A stretch of DNA of 58,986 nt, filler included. It is 5 parts of 5 records of this genome, joined end to end, with 100 filler letters (N's around TTAATTAATTAA, not from the genome) between each part and the next. Parts side by side here need not be neighbours in the genome. Positions count along the whole stretch, not along the records: positions 48,587 to 58,986 come from SRR31156797_18242; 4 more parts are not named here. One strand, written 5' to 3'. The notes under the pieces were generated by a model. That model searched no databases. It worked only from the letters and a program-made list of their open reading frames with translations, and was not told the origin of the DNA. Positions 48,587 to 58,986 of the stretch are shown here, one piece after another. Numbering within the stretch: position 1 is the stretch's first letter; every line of letters starts with the position of its first letter. A program made the translations under genes and the position numbers.

Positions 48587-50812
48587 TCCGAAGAATTTAC
48601 GACGAACTTCTTCAACTCCACCTAAATCAAATTTTAAGTTATCCCAAGGCTGAGCATTAGTAATCATGTACCAACGCAAAGGATCAGAACCATACTTTTC
48701 AATTGTCTCGAAAGGATCAACAGCATTTCCATGACGCTTCGACATTTTGTTACCTTTTGCATCCAATACCAATCCGTTAGAGATGATATTTTCGAAAGCA
48801 ACACCATCAAAACACATAGTAGCGATTGCGTGAAGCGTAAAGAACCATCCACGAGTTTGGTCAACACCTTCGGCAATAAATTGAGCAGGGAATAACTTAT
48901 CGAAATTCTCTTTGTTCTCGAATGGATAGTGCTGCTGTGCATATGGCATAGCTCCTGAATCGAACCAAACATCAATCAAATCTAATTCGCGAACTAATTT
49001 CTTACCAGAATCAGATACAAGGAATAATCCATCAACATACGGACGGTGCAAATCAAATTTTTCGTAATTCGCTTTGCTGTTATCTCCTTCTACGTAATCA
49101 GCCAGGATATTTTCAGTCATGAATCCAGCTTCGATAGATTTTTCAATCTCAGCTTTCAATTCAGCAACCGAACCAATACATTTTATTTCTGTACGATCTT
49201 CACTCACCCAAATAGGAAGTGGAGTTCCCCAATAACGAGAACGAGAAAGGTTCCAGTCCTGTAGGTTCTCTAACCATTTTCCGAAACGACCTTCACCAGT
49301 TGATTGTGGTTTCCAGTTAATGGTTTTATTTAGTTCGATCATTCGATCGCGAACTTTCGTAGTTTTGATAAACCATGAATCCAATGGATAATACAATACT
49401 GGCTTATCGGTTCTCCAACAGTGTGGATAGTTGTGAACGTGCTTCTCTACCTTAAATGCAAGACTCTGTAATTTTAAAGCTACAGCGATATCAACATCTA
49501 AAGTTGGATCTTTTTCGGTTAAAGTTGGATCGTAAGCATTCTTTACGAAACGACCAGCATACTCACCGTAAGCTTCAACATTCACATAGTTTTTTACAAA
49601 CTCTGGATCTAAATCTTCAATCTTAAAGAATTTACCCGTACGATCAACCATTGGCTGCATCTTACCTTCTTTATCGCGAAGAATTAAAGGAGAAATATCA
49701 GCAGCTTTTGCTACTCTATCATCATCGGCACCAAAAGTAGGAGCGATGTGTACAATACCAGTACCATCTTCGGTAGTTACGAAATCACCCAAAATTACAC
49801 GGAAGGCATCACCTTCTGGCTTAATCAAAGGCATTAACTGTTCGTAACGAATTCCTTCCAAATCGGTTCCTTTGTGTTCCGAAAGAGTTTTGAAAGTTAA
49901 ACGCTTGTCTCCAGCTTTGTATTCACCTAGCTCAAGACCTTCATATTTCTTATCAAAGAAATTGTAAAACAAGTCTTTTGCTAGAATTACAACACATGGA
50001 TTTCCTGTATAAGGATTAAAAGTGCGAACTCTTACATAGTCAACCTTAGGACCTACAGCCAAAGCAGTGTTTGATGGAAGTGTCCATGGAGTGGTTGTCC
50101 ATGCAATAAAGTATGCATCACAATCAATATCTTTGTATAAGAACTCACTTTTCTCATCGCGAGCTACTTTAAACATACCAACAGCAGTGGTATCTTTTAC
50201 ATCTTTGTAACATCCAGGCTGATTCAATTCGTGAGTTGACAAACCTGTACCTGCTGCAGGTGAAAATGGTTGGATAGTATATCCTTTGTAAAGCAAGTCT
50301 TTTTCGAACATTTGCTTTAACAACCACCAAAGTGTTTCGATATAACGGTTATCGTAAGTAATGTATGGATCTTCCATATTTACCCAGTATCCCATTTTCG
50401 AAGTCAAATCTTCCCACTCGCGGGTATATTTCATGACATTGGTTCTACAAGCTTCGTTGTATTCATCAACTGTAATCTTGGTTCCAATATCTTCTTTCGT
50501 AATTCCCAGTTCTTTCTCTACGCCAAGTTCAACAGGAAGACCATGTGTATCCCAACCTGCTTTACGATTCACCTGAAATCCCTTAAGTGTTTTGTATCTA
50601 CATACAATATCCTTAAGTGCACGAGCCATAACGTGGTGAATACCTGGCATTCCGTTCGCTGAAGGAGGTCCTTCATAGAAAACAAAAGATGGGTTCCCGT
50701 CGCGGGTCTCCAAACTCTTCTCAAAAGTCTTGTTTTCTTCCCAATCCTTTAAGATATCCTTATTGATCTGAGAAAGATCAAAGTTTTTGTACTCTGGAAA
50801 TTTAGTGCTCAT
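48587..50812 (-). CDS. ileS: Isoleucine-tRNA ligase (IleRS2 type), 3'-truncated
   Basis: FYEGPPSANGMPGIHH, GWDTHGLP, WTTTPWTLP, SRSRYWGTP, KMSKR. Confidence 0.96.
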
Positions 50813-51016
50813 TTATATTAATTTTATCTTGTATTCGCTAAAAAGTTTACAAATATAGAAAAAATACAAAAGCGAATGATCATATTGCGTGCATATTCAG
50901 GCTGCTAAAGGTTTTTTAATCAGCATTTCAATACTGATTAAATCCCTATTCATCCTACTTACTTATAATCCGAAATTAATAGATATATTTAGCTTTAAAT
51001 TTCAAATCAAAATACC

Positions 51017-51427
51017 ATGACAACTATAAAATCCAAATATCTTGGAGATTTACGAACAGAATGTATTCATCTACAATCTGGAAATAAAATTTTTACCGAT
51101 GCACCAACCGATAACCAGGGAAAAGGAGAAGCATTCTCTCCAACCGATTTGTTGGCAACATCATTGGGATCTTGTATCATGACCATTATGGGAATTGTTG
51201 CTCGCGATAATAATATCGATATTACCGGAACTGAAATAGATATTACTAAAATAATGGCTAGTGATCCTCGTCGCGTTTCAGAAGTAATTGTAGAATTCAA
51301 CTTCCCGGATAAGGATTATACTGCTGAGGAAAAGAAAATTATTGAAGCAGTAACTGGTACAAGTCCGGTACCATTAAGTGTTCATTACCAAATGAAACAA
51401 ACCATTAAACTGAATTGGGTGAAATAA
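51017..51427 (+). CDS. OsmC-family protein
   Basis: TDAPTDNQGKGEAFSPTDLLATSLGSC. Confidence 0.88.
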   Translation: MTTIKSKYLGDLRTECIHLQSGNKIFTDAPTDNQGKGEAFSPTDLLATSLGSCIMTIMGIVARDNNIDITGTEIDITKIMASDPRRVSEVIVEFNFPDKDYTAEEKKIIEAVTGTSPVPLSVHYQMKQTIKLNWVK

Positions 51428-51464
51428 TTTCACCCTGTTTTCTTTTACATTTAATTCTCAACCT

Positions 51465-52490
51465 ATGATTTTTGTAACGGGTGGAACAGGTCTTGTTGGC
51501 TCTCATTTACTTTTCGATTTAGTTTCGAAAGGACAAAAGGTTCGTGCTCTAAAAAGAGAAAGTAGTAATACCGATTTAGTTCGAAACATTTTTTCGTATT
51601 ATACTGATAAAACTGATGAATTATACCAAAAAATTGAGTGGTTCGATGGTGATATGCTCGATCCTTTTTCTTTAGAAGAAGCTTTAAAAAATGTTATAGA
51701 TGTTTATCATTGTGCGGCTTTGGTTTCTTTTAAAAAGGAAGATAAAATGAACATGTTAGATATAAATGTAGAAGGAACTCGAAACTTGGTAAATGCTTGT
51801 GTTGATGCCAAGATTCGTAAATTTTGCATGGTTAGTTCTATTGCTGCATTGGGATCGCCCGAAGAAGGTGAAGATACCGTTAATGAAACTACTCCCTGGA
51901 GTCCTGAGGAAAAGCGCTCGGGTTATTCCGTAAGTAAATTTCAATCAGAATTAGAAGTGTGGCGAGGTATTGAGGAAGGTCTAAGTGCCGTAATTGTAAA
52001 TCCATCGATTATTCTAGGACCAGGACAATGGGACAAGGGAAGTTCACTTTTATTTAGCACAGTTGCCAAAGGATTAAAATATTATACCAAAGGAATTACA
52101 GGCTATGTTGATGTAAGAGATGTAAGCCGCGCTATGATTGGTTTAATGAAAAGTGATCTTGTAAATGAACGTTATATCCTTAATGGCGAAGACTGCACCT
52201 ATGAATTTATTTTTAAGTCCATCGCTAAAAACATTGGCATTGAAGGTCCTACAATTTACGCTTCTCCAAAAATGACTGAAATTGGTTGGCGATTGGCTCT
52301 GTTAAAAAAGATTTTCTTGTTTAAACCAGCTGGTTTTACCAAAGAAACAGCAAGGGCTTCACACAATATTAAGCATTACACCAACGAAAAAATTAAAAAG
52401 GCATTAAACTTTGAATTTATTGCTATTGATAAAAGCATTAAGGATACGGTAATGCATTACCCAATTGATGCTAAAGTAAAAAAGAACTAA
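51465..52490 (+). CDS. NAD-dependent epimerase/dehydratase
   Basis: VTGGTGLVG, YHCAA, YSVSK, VNPSIILG, VDVRDV. Confidence 0.9.
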   Translation: MIFVTGGTGLVGSHLLFDLVSKGQKVRALKRESSNTDLVRNIFSYYTDKTDELYQKIEWFDGDMLDPFSLEEALKNVIDVYHCAALVSFKKEDKMNMLDINVEGTRNLVNACVDAKIRKFCMVSSIAALGSPEEGEDTVNETTPWSPEEKRSGYSVSKFQSELEVWRGIEEGLSAVIVNPSIILGPGQWDKGSSLLFSTVAKGLKYYTKGITGYVDVRDVSRAMIGLMKSDLVNERYILNGEDCTYEFIFKSIAKNIGIEGPTIYASPKMTEIGWRLALLKKIFLFKPAGFTKETARASHNIKHYTNEKIKKALNFEFIAIDKSIKDTVMHYPIDAKVKKN

Positions 52491-52496
52491 AATACA

Positions 52497-52697
52497 ATGA
52501 ACAGAAAACTAAAAATATTCTTATCAATTGTAATAGGAATAATAATCACGAATTTAATCCAATTACCTCTACCAGAATATCTTGTTGATTCTAAAATAAT
52601 GATTAGAACCATTATTATTGGCTTCGTTTGGTTCCTTATTTTTGTGGGTATTTCAAATCTCACTTATCGTTTATTAAATCGAAAATTTAAGCAATAA
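52497..52697 (+). CDS. Small two-TM hypothetical membrane protein
   Basis: 66 aa with two hydrophobic segments; starts 6 nt after the epimerase stop. Confidence 0.55.
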   Translation: MNRKLKIFLSIVIGIIITNLIQLPLPEYLVDSKIMIRTIIIGFVWFLIFVGISNLTYRLLNRKFKQ

Positions 52698-52698
52698 C

Positions 52699-52728
52699 AA
52701 AAAAGCCACTCCCCGAAAGGAATGGCTT
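52699..52728 (-). terminator. Intrinsic terminator of metK
   Basis: AAGCCA.TCC/GGA.TGGCTT stem with a U tract on the minus strand. Confidence 0.65.
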
Positions 52729-52754
52729 CAAATATATATTGTGTTTGTTGTTGT

Positions 52755-54011
52755 TTACAAAGCAAATGCTTCTTTTACCTTATCAAGATAATCTAATTTC
52801 TCCCAGGTAAACAATTCAACTTCCATTTCCTTATCATCGAAATAAGGAGATTCAAATTTTTTCACAACGGTTCGTGGCGTGCGTCCCATGTGACCATAAG
52901 CTGCCGACTCTTCATAGATAGGATTACGCAATTTTAATCGCTGTTCGATAGCTGCAGGACGCAAGTCAAATAATTCTTTTACTTTCTCAGCAATTTCACC
53001 ATCGCTTAGCGATACGTTCGATTTACCGTAAGTATCAACAAAAATACCTACTGGCTCGGCAACACCAATTGCGTATGATAATTGAACCAAAATTTCTTCG
53101 GTAACACCAGCTGCAACCAAATTTTTCGCAATATGACGAGATGCATAAGCTGCCGAACGGTCTACTTTCGAAGGATCTTTTCCTGAGAATGCACCACCAC
53201 CATGAGCACCTTTACCTCCATAAGTATCAACAATAATCTTACGACCTGTTAATCCGGTATCACCATGAGGACCACCAATTACAAATTTTCCTGTTGGGTT
53301 TACATGTAGAATAATCTCATCATCGAACAAAGCCTGAACACGTTCTGGTAATTGCTTGATAACACGTGGTATCAATATGTTTTTAACATCCTTCTTGATT
53401 TTAGCCAACATCAATTCATCATTTGGACCAAAATCGTCGTGCTGAGTAGAAACCACAATCGTGTGAATTCTTTCAGGAGAATCCTGATCGTTATACTGAA
53501 TGGTTACCTGAGATTTTGAATCAGGACGAAGATATGTCATCTCTCTTCCTTCGCGACGGATAGCTGCCAATTCAATTAACAATCGATGCGAAAGCTCTAA
53601 TGATAAAGGCATGTAATCATCGGTTTCCTTGCTCGCATAACCGAACATCATTCCCTGATCACCTGCACCTTGTGCCATTGGATCTTCACGATCAACACCC
53701 CGGTTGATATCGTCTGATTGCTCATGAATTGCTGATAAAACACCACATGATGTACCATCGAACTGATACTCACTTTTGGTATAACCAATGCGATTGATTA
53801 CCTGGCGAGCAACTTCTTGTGCATCGATATAAGTTTTGGTTTTAACCTCGCCGGCAAGTATCACCTGACCAGTTGTAACCATAGTTTCACAAGCAACTTT
53901 CGAATTTGGGTCGAAAGCTAAAAATTTATCCAATAAAGCATCCGAAATTTGATCAGCGACTTTATCTGGATGTCCTTCTGAAACTGACTCTGATGTGAAT
54001 AAATATCCCAT
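52755..54011 (-). CDS. metK: S-adenosylmethionine synthetase
   Basis: [49 protein letters not shown]. Confidence 0.98.
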   Translation of the reverse strand: MGYLFTSESVSEGHPDKVADQISDALLDKFLAFDPNSKVACETMVTTGQVILAGEVKTKTYIDAQEVARQVINRIGYTKSEYQFDGTSCGVLSAIHEQSDDINRGVDREDPMAQGAGDQGMMFGYASKETDDYMPLSLELSHRLLIELAAIRREGREMTYLRPDSKSQVTIQYNDQDSPERIHTIVVSTQHDDFGPNDELMLAKIKKDVKNILIPRVIKQLPERVQALFDDEIILHVNPTGKFVIGGPHGDTGLTGRKIIVDTYGGKGAHGGGAFSGKDPSKVDRSAAYASRHIAKNLVAAGVTEEILVQLSYAIGVAEPVGIFVDTYGKSNVSLSDGEIAEKVKELFDLRPAAIEQRLKLRNPIYEESAAYGHMGRTPRTVVKKFESPYFDDKEMEVELFTWEKLDYLDKVKEAFAL

Positions 54012-54195
54012 AATATTTTAATAAAATTAGTTGTCATATCGATTTTCAGAAATATCATTAATACTACTGTGAGAATTAATTATACCTAAAATAATCAATA
54101 TGTGTTGTTGTTTAAAAACCATCATTTAAATAATGGCGTTCACTATACGGGAAAGCAATGTTAGGTTATCTAATTGCAGAAAAGCAATATAGTTT

Positions 54196-54246
54196 ACCAT
54201 TTAGCATTTTTTTCTGTGGTTGCAAGCAGCCAAATCTTTCCACTTA
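54196..54246 (-). ncRNA. SAM-II (long-loop, Bacteroidota-type) riboswitch
   Basis: Minus strand GTGG-AAA-GATTTG-GCT-GCTTGCA-A-CCAC-AGAAAAAAAT-GCTAAAT: P1 GTGG/CCAC and pseudoknot ATTTG/TAAAT, upstream of metK. Confidence 0.8.
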
Positions 54247-54370
54247 TTTCGTCGCAAAGGAAAGTATTATTTCGGAAAGAAACAAAAATGCAAGAGCTGT
54301 TTTAGGTGTTTTTAACAATTCGCACTCCTGAAAAACAGGTAGTTTGACCTCTATTAAGACATGTAAGTCT

Positions 54371-55270
54371 TTATTCAACTGTTAATTCATGGAATATTTC
54401 TTCGAGATTTTGGCTTTGTAGCTTCATTTCTAAAATGATCCAATTGTTTGCCACTGCTGTTTGAAATATTTCTTTACGGATATCTTCATATGTTGAAACT
54501 GCATATCGATTGTTACCCAAATCGTTTATTCCTTTAATTGCTGGGTGACTTTTTAGGTTCTCAACTGAAATTCTTTCGGCAAATTCCAAATCAATTATCT
54601 TAGAATTTAATTCCGAGCTTAAATTTTCAATACGTTTATCAGCAACTAAATTTCCTTTATTAATAATTAAAGCTCTTTCGCAACAAGCTTCAACTTCCTG
54701 CATAATATGTGTTGAAAGCATTACTGTTTTCTCTTTGCCGATATCTTGAATCAATTTCCTTACTTCTATTAATTGATTCGGATCAAGACCGGTTGTTGGT
54801 TCGTCGAGAATTAAAACTTTCGGATCGTGAATTAATGCCTGAGCAATTCCAACCCTTTGACGATATCCTTTCGAAAGAGATCCAATTTTCTTGTTCTGTT
54901 CTATTCCTAATCCTGTAAGCTCAATCATTTCAGCAATTCGAGCCTTTTTATTACTCAATTTGTATATAGATGCCACATATTCCAAATACTCCTTCACATA
55001 CATTTCTAAATACAATGGATTATGCTCGGGCAAATAACCAATCTGCTTTCTAACTTCTAGCGAATGTTCCTCAATATCTAAACCATTCACTTCAACAAGA
55101 CCCGAAGATTGAGGAATATAGCCCGTAATAATCTTCATCATTGTTGATTTTCCAGCACCATTGGGTCCTAAAAATCCAACAACCTCGCCTTTGTTAATCT
55201 CAAAACTAATAGTATCGAGTGCTTTTTGTTTGCCATACAGCTTACTTACTTCTTGAACAATTATCGACAT
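54371..55270 (-). CDS. gldA: Gliding-motility ABC transporter ATPase
   Basis: GPNGAGKSTMMKI, IGYLPEHNPLYLEMYVKEYL, LSKGYRQRVG, DEPTTGLDPNQL. Confidence 0.85.
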   Translation of the reverse strand: MSIIVQEVSKLYGKQKALDTISFEINKGEVVGFLGPNGAGKSTMMKIITGYIPQSSGLVEVNGLDIEEHSLEVRKQIGYLPEHNPLYLEMYVKEYLEYVASIYKLSNKKARIAEMIELTGLGIEQNKKIGSLSKGYRQRVGIAQALIHDPKVLILDEPTTGLDPNQLIEVRKLIQDIGKEKTVMLSTHIMQEVEACCERALIINKGNLVADKRIENLSSELNSKIIDLEFAERISVENLKSHPAIKGINDLGNNRYAVSTYEDIRKEIFQTAVANNWIILEMKLQSQNLEEIFHELTVE

Positions 55271-55384
55271 AGGAATGGTTTACAATGTTGTCCTCTAGCT
55301 TGAGAGCTCTTACTTCTTGCCAAAGGATGATCAAATTTATAAAATTTATCAATTACCTTTGTGCTTAAATTCAAATCAAAGGCA

Positions 55385-57346
55385 ATGAGTTTCTCACAAC
55401 ACAAACAATTTTGTAAAGATCTTTTTAATTATTCTCGTCGCAAATCGAGTGAATCGAAAATTGGAAATACTCCAATGGGAGCATCTAATCCTATTCGAAT
55501 TCAATCAATGACCAATACCGATACCAATGACATTGCAGCAAGTGTAGAACAAGCAATTCGAATGATTGAGTCGGGAGCGGAATATGTACGTTTGACTACT
55601 CAAGGAACCAAAGAGGCTGAAAATTTAAAGTTTATAAAAGAGGAATTGCTTAAAAGAGGATACCAAACGCCTTTGGTTGCTGATATTCATTTCAATCCTA
55701 AAGCTGCTACCATAGCAGCAAAATATGTTGATAAAGTTCGAATCAACCCGGGAAATTTTGTGGATAAAAGAGCTGATTTCAACAATAGTAATTACGGAGA
55801 ATTTAAGTATCAAGAAGATTTAGAGAAGATTCGCGATAAATTTATTCCACTTTTACGCATCTGTAAAGAACACAATACAGCTCTCCGCATTGGAACCAAT
55901 CATGGTTCTTTATCGGATAGAATAATGAGTAGATATGGTGATACACCACGAGGAATGGTTGAAGCCACCCTTGAATTTCTGAGAATTTGCAAGGAACAAG
56001 ATTTTACTGATGTTGCCATTTCCATTAAATCGAGCAATACTGTAATGATGGTGAAAACTGTTCGTTTACTTGTTAGCGAAATGGAAAAGGAAAACATACA
56101 TTTCCCTTTACATTTAGGAGTAACCGAAGCTGGCGAAGGAGAAGATGGAAGAATTAAATCGGCTGTTGGAACTGGTGCTCTTTTAAATGATGGGATAGGA
56201 GATACAGTTCGTATTTCCTTGACTGAAGATCCGGAGATTGAATCTCCTGTTGGGCAAAAATTAGTGGACTACGTTTTGGAGAAAGAAAATCATGAACAAA
56301 TTGTTCCCGTTGAAAATGCCGATGTCAACCTGTTTGATTTTTACAAGAGATCAACCCATCTGATTGAGAATATTGGTAGCAAAAAAGTTCCTGTAGTCAT
56401 CTCTGATTTAAGTCACGAAAGATTTTTAACTGCCGATATACCACAATTGGCAGGCTACGTTCAGGATGAAGATACACTGGAGTGGGAAAAAGGAAAATTG
56501 GCAGCCGATTACATATATGTAAGTGGGTACGATCCAGTTTTTGCTGATTATCCAAAAGACATGGGCATTATTGTAGATCAGGAGTGCTGGGAATTAACCG
56601 ATCAGTATACTGATAAATCCTATCCATTGTTCCAAACAGAGGAATTTTTAAATGATAACCTAACTGCTTTTTGTTGCGACATTCACTTTGTAGAGTGTAC
56701 TTATAAAGATCTCTCCAATGATTTTATTGAAAAAGTAAAAGCAAATCCTAAAGTAGTTTTAATCTGTAAATCGAATCATCAGAACGCGTTTGCAGAACAA
56801 AGGGTCTTTGCATTTAAATTGATTGAAAGTAATTGTAAAGCTCCAATAATTTTCAAAAGATCATTCCACGATGATAATCTGGAAGACTTACACCTAAAAT
56901 CATCTTGCGATTTGGGTAGCTTTTTCTTTGATGGATTTGGTAATGGCATAAGCATAAAAAACAATGGAATGCTTCCTCAAAATGAGATTTTATCTACGGC
57001 TTTTGGAATTCTTCAGGCGGCAAGAGTTAGAACTACCAAAACCGAATTCGTTTCCTGCCCTGGATGCGGTAGAACACTATTCCAATTGCAGAATGTAGTT
57101 GCAGAAGTAAAAAAGGAGTTCTCGCATCTTACACATTTAAAAATTGGAGTCATGGGCTGCATTGTAAATGGTCCTGGCGAAATGGGAGATGTTGATTATG
57201 GTTATGTAGGAGCTGGTCCAGGGAAGGTTTCTCTTTACAAAGGGCACGAAGTTTTAATCAAGAATATTCCGAGTAAAGAAGCTATATCTGAACTCAAACA
57301 AATCATTAAAAATAACGGTGATTGGATTGACAATAATATCAATTAA
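55385..57346 (+). CDS. ispG: (E)-4-hydroxy-3-methylbut-2-enyl-diphosphate synthase (long form with insertion domain)
   Basis: IRIQSMT, ADIHF, RINPGN, RIGTNHGSLS, HLGVTEAG, SCPGCGRT, MGCIVNGPGE; Bacteroidota -7 element TACCTTTG at 55354. Confidence 0.95.
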   Translation: MSFSQHKQFCKDLFNYSRRKSSESKIGNTPMGASNPIRIQSMTNTDTNDIAASVEQAIRMIESGAEYVRLTTQGTKEAENLKFIKEELLKRGYQTPLVADIHFNPKAATIAAKYVDKVRINPGNFVDKRADFNNSNYGEFKYQEDLEKIRDKFIPLLRICKEHNTALRIGTNHGSLSDRIMSRYGDTPRGMVEATLEFLRICKEQDFTDVAISIKSSNTVMMVKTVRLLVSEMEKENIHFPLHLGVTEAGEGEDGRIKSAVGTGALLNDGIGDTVRISLTEDPEIESPVGQKLVDYVLEKENHEQIVPVENADVNLFDFYKRSTHLIENIGSKKVPVVISDLSHERFLTADIPQLAGYVQDEDTLEWEKGKLAADYIYVSGYDPVFADYPKDMGIIVDQECWELTDQYTDKSYPLFQTEEFLNDNLTAFCCDIHFVECTYKDLSNDFIEKVKANPKVVLICKSNHQNAFAEQRVFAFKLIESNCKAPIIFKRSFHDDNLEDLHLKSSCDLGSFFFDGFGNGISIKNNGMLPQNEILSTAFGILQAARVRTTKTEFVSCPGCGRTLFQLQNVVAEVKKEFSHLTHLKIGVMGCIVNGPGEMGDVDYGYVGAGPGKVSLYKGHEVLIKNIPSKEAISELKQIIKNNGDWIDNNIN

Positions 57347-57418
57347 CTTGATTAACGGATTTTTTTATTACATATAGTTTTATATCTTGCGTATAGACCT
57401 AAACATAGCATTATCAGC

Positions 57419-58204
57419 GTGAAGAAAAAAATCCTGCTCATAATTTTTTCATTTCTATTTACTTTCGCTTATGGAGATAAACTCGAATTAAGTGGTATTT
57501 ATTTGGGCAAAAATCTCTACATTATGAACCCCTTTGCCGATTCAGGTATTGGATATTGCGTTTACGAAGTGAGCGTAAATGGTCAAACATCATCTGATGA
57601 AATTAACAGCAGCGCTTTCGAGATAGATTTAACACATTTCAATTTTGATATCGGTCAAAAAATTACTGTAATACTTCGCTATAAAAGCGGCTGCATACCA
57701 AGAGTTATAAATGCCGAGGTTATACAACCTAAGGCAAGCTTTGTTTTACAAAAAGCAGAAGTGGACAAAAAAGGAATATTGCATTGGAGTACACGTGGCG
57801 AAATGGGCTCAATTCCATTTACTGTGCAACAATATCGTTGGAACAAATGGATAACTGTTGGAGAAATAGAAGGAAAAGGTTCTTCCACCCTTAACAAATA
57901 TGAATTAAATGTTCGTCCACATACAGGTGAAAATTTATTTCGATTGTGTCAAACTGATTATACTGGCAAGCCAAAATACTCAGATCGTATTGTTCACCAA
58001 TCAAAACTAAAATTAGTTAGTTTTGGTCCTGAAAAGGTAAAAGATGAACTTCTTTTTACAGACTCCACTTTATATGAAATTTACGATAACTTTGGCAATA
58101 TCGTATTTAAAGGTTTCGGTGTCAAAATCAATCTTAAAGGACTTCAGTCAGGCTTGTACTATATCAATTACGACAACACAATGGGTAGTTTCAAAAAGAA
58201 ATAA
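57419..58204 (+). CDS. Hypothetical exported beta-rich protein
   Basis: Signal peptide MKKKILLIIFSFLFTFAYG; 261-aa ORF; C-terminus ..GLYYINY..FKKK resembles a T9SS sorting domain. Confidence 0.75.
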   Translation: MKKKILLIIFSFLFTFAYGDKLELSGIYLGKNLYIMNPFADSGIGYCVYEVSVNGQTSSDEINSSAFEIDLTHFNFDIGQKITVILRYKSGCIPRVINAEVIQPKASFVLQKAEVDKKGILHWSTRGEMGSIPFTVQQYRWNKWITVGEIEGKGSSTLNKYELNVRPHTGENLFRLCQTDYTGKPKYSDRIVHQSKLKLVSFGPEKVKDELLFTDSTLYEIYDNFGNIVFKGFGVKINLKGLQSGLYYINYDNTMGSFKKK

Positions 58205-58210
58205 TCCTTT

Positions 58211-58840
58211 TTAATTGCCGAACAGGTCCAAAACTGTTTCACCATTAGCTAAATCCAGGAAATGTGCTTTCATACCAACCGACCTTGCCGCTTCAACATT
58301 GGCAAACATATCATCAATAAATAATGTTTCCTCTGCAACCAGTCCTTCCTTGTATAAAACCGATGAATAAATTTTAGTATCTGGTTTTCTCAAACCCATA
58401 TCATGAGAATAATAATCTTTTTCAAAAAAATCCGACAAGTTAACTCCATGAGTTTCTCGTATCATTCCCGTATAAGCTTCCCAGTGGATGATATTAGTAT
58501 TACTCAATAAAAATATTCTATGCTTTTCCTTAAGTCGGCTAAGAAGCTCTAATCGTTCGTAAGGCAGATCTAAAAGCATGGAATTCCAAGCTTCATCAAT
58601 TTCCTTATTACTTACATCTTTACAAATGTGTTTTCTAATTTCAGATCTAAATTCATCTGCACTAATAATTCCTTTTTCAAGTGAATCGAATAAACCATTA
58701 GTCCGATATTCATTTTTAATTAATTGAACATCCTCTAAACCAATATTTTTAAAACTGTTAACTGCCTTATCCGGATCAATATTCAAAAGGACACCACCGA
58801 AATCAAAGATTATATTTGAGAAAGAATTGTATTTTTGCAT
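58211..58840 (-). CDS. HAD-family phosphatase
   Basis: IIFDFGGVL, LLSNT, RKPD, FIDD. Confidence 0.9.
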   Translation of the reverse strand: MQKYNSFSNIIFDFGGVLLNIDPDKAVNSFKNIGLEDVQLIKNEYRTNGLFDSLEKGIISADEFRSEIRKHICKDVSNKEIDEAWNSMLLDLPYERLELLSRLKEKHRIFLLSNTNIIHWEAYTGMIRETHGVNLSDFFEKDYYSHDMGLRKPDTKIYSSVLYKEGLVAEETLFIDDMFANVEAARSVGMKAHFLDLANGETVLDLFGN

Positions 58841-58940
58841 AAAATTTTTGTGTCAATTATTGAATTATTCAATACAAATATGTAATATTGCACACCGAAA
58901 ACAAAGATAAAACATTGCTTTTATTTTATAAGTTTTTCGA

Positions 58941-58986
58941 GGGCCTATAGCTCAGCTGGTTAGAGCACCTGACTCATAATCAGGGG
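58941..58986 (+). tRNA. tRNA with CAU anticodon (probably Ile2), truncated by the window end
   Basis: GGGCCTATAGCTCAGCTGGTTAGAGCA; anticodon arm CCTGA-CTCATAA-TCAGG. Acceptor 5' strand looks Ile2-like rather than initiator-like. Confidence 0.85.

Overview
The window is not one locus. It is five unrelated fragments joined by 100-nt artificial spacers (N44-TTAATTAATTAA-N44 at 13695-13794, 27363-27462, 37038-37137 and 48487-48586). Taxonomic labels below are inferred from composition and gene content. (1) 1-13694, GC-rich and alphaproteobacterial-like: a hybrid histidine kinase with a FixL-like PAS, a single-domain receiver, and an Hpt-fused LuxO-like sigma54 activator. Next to the activator are a canonical sigma54 promoter, a perfect LuxO-type box (TTGCAAAATGCAA) and a structured C-rich candidate sRNA. 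This looks like a compact Vibrio Lux-type phosphorelay driving a Qrr-analogous sRNA and is the most interesting signal in the window. The fragment also carries a Usp, two SDRs, a TPR/GT41 protein, a second sigma54 promoter and a partial cpdB. (2) 13795-27362, Desulfovibrio-like: alanine symporter and alr, a damaged PotABCD-type operon, an NSS transporter with a MetS-type small subunit, an HD-GYP/Cache kinase pair and SulP. (3) 27463-37037: part of an ethanolamine-type (eut) bacterial microcompartment operon. (4) 37138-48486, alphaproteobacterial-like: DppA-like binding protein, kinase pseudogene, GlpR, a Pho-box-like Ugp-type ABC operon and an IS1182-family element. (5) 48587-58986, Bacteroidota housekeeping: ileS, metK with a SAM-II riboswitch, gldA, ispG and a partial tRNA-CAU.
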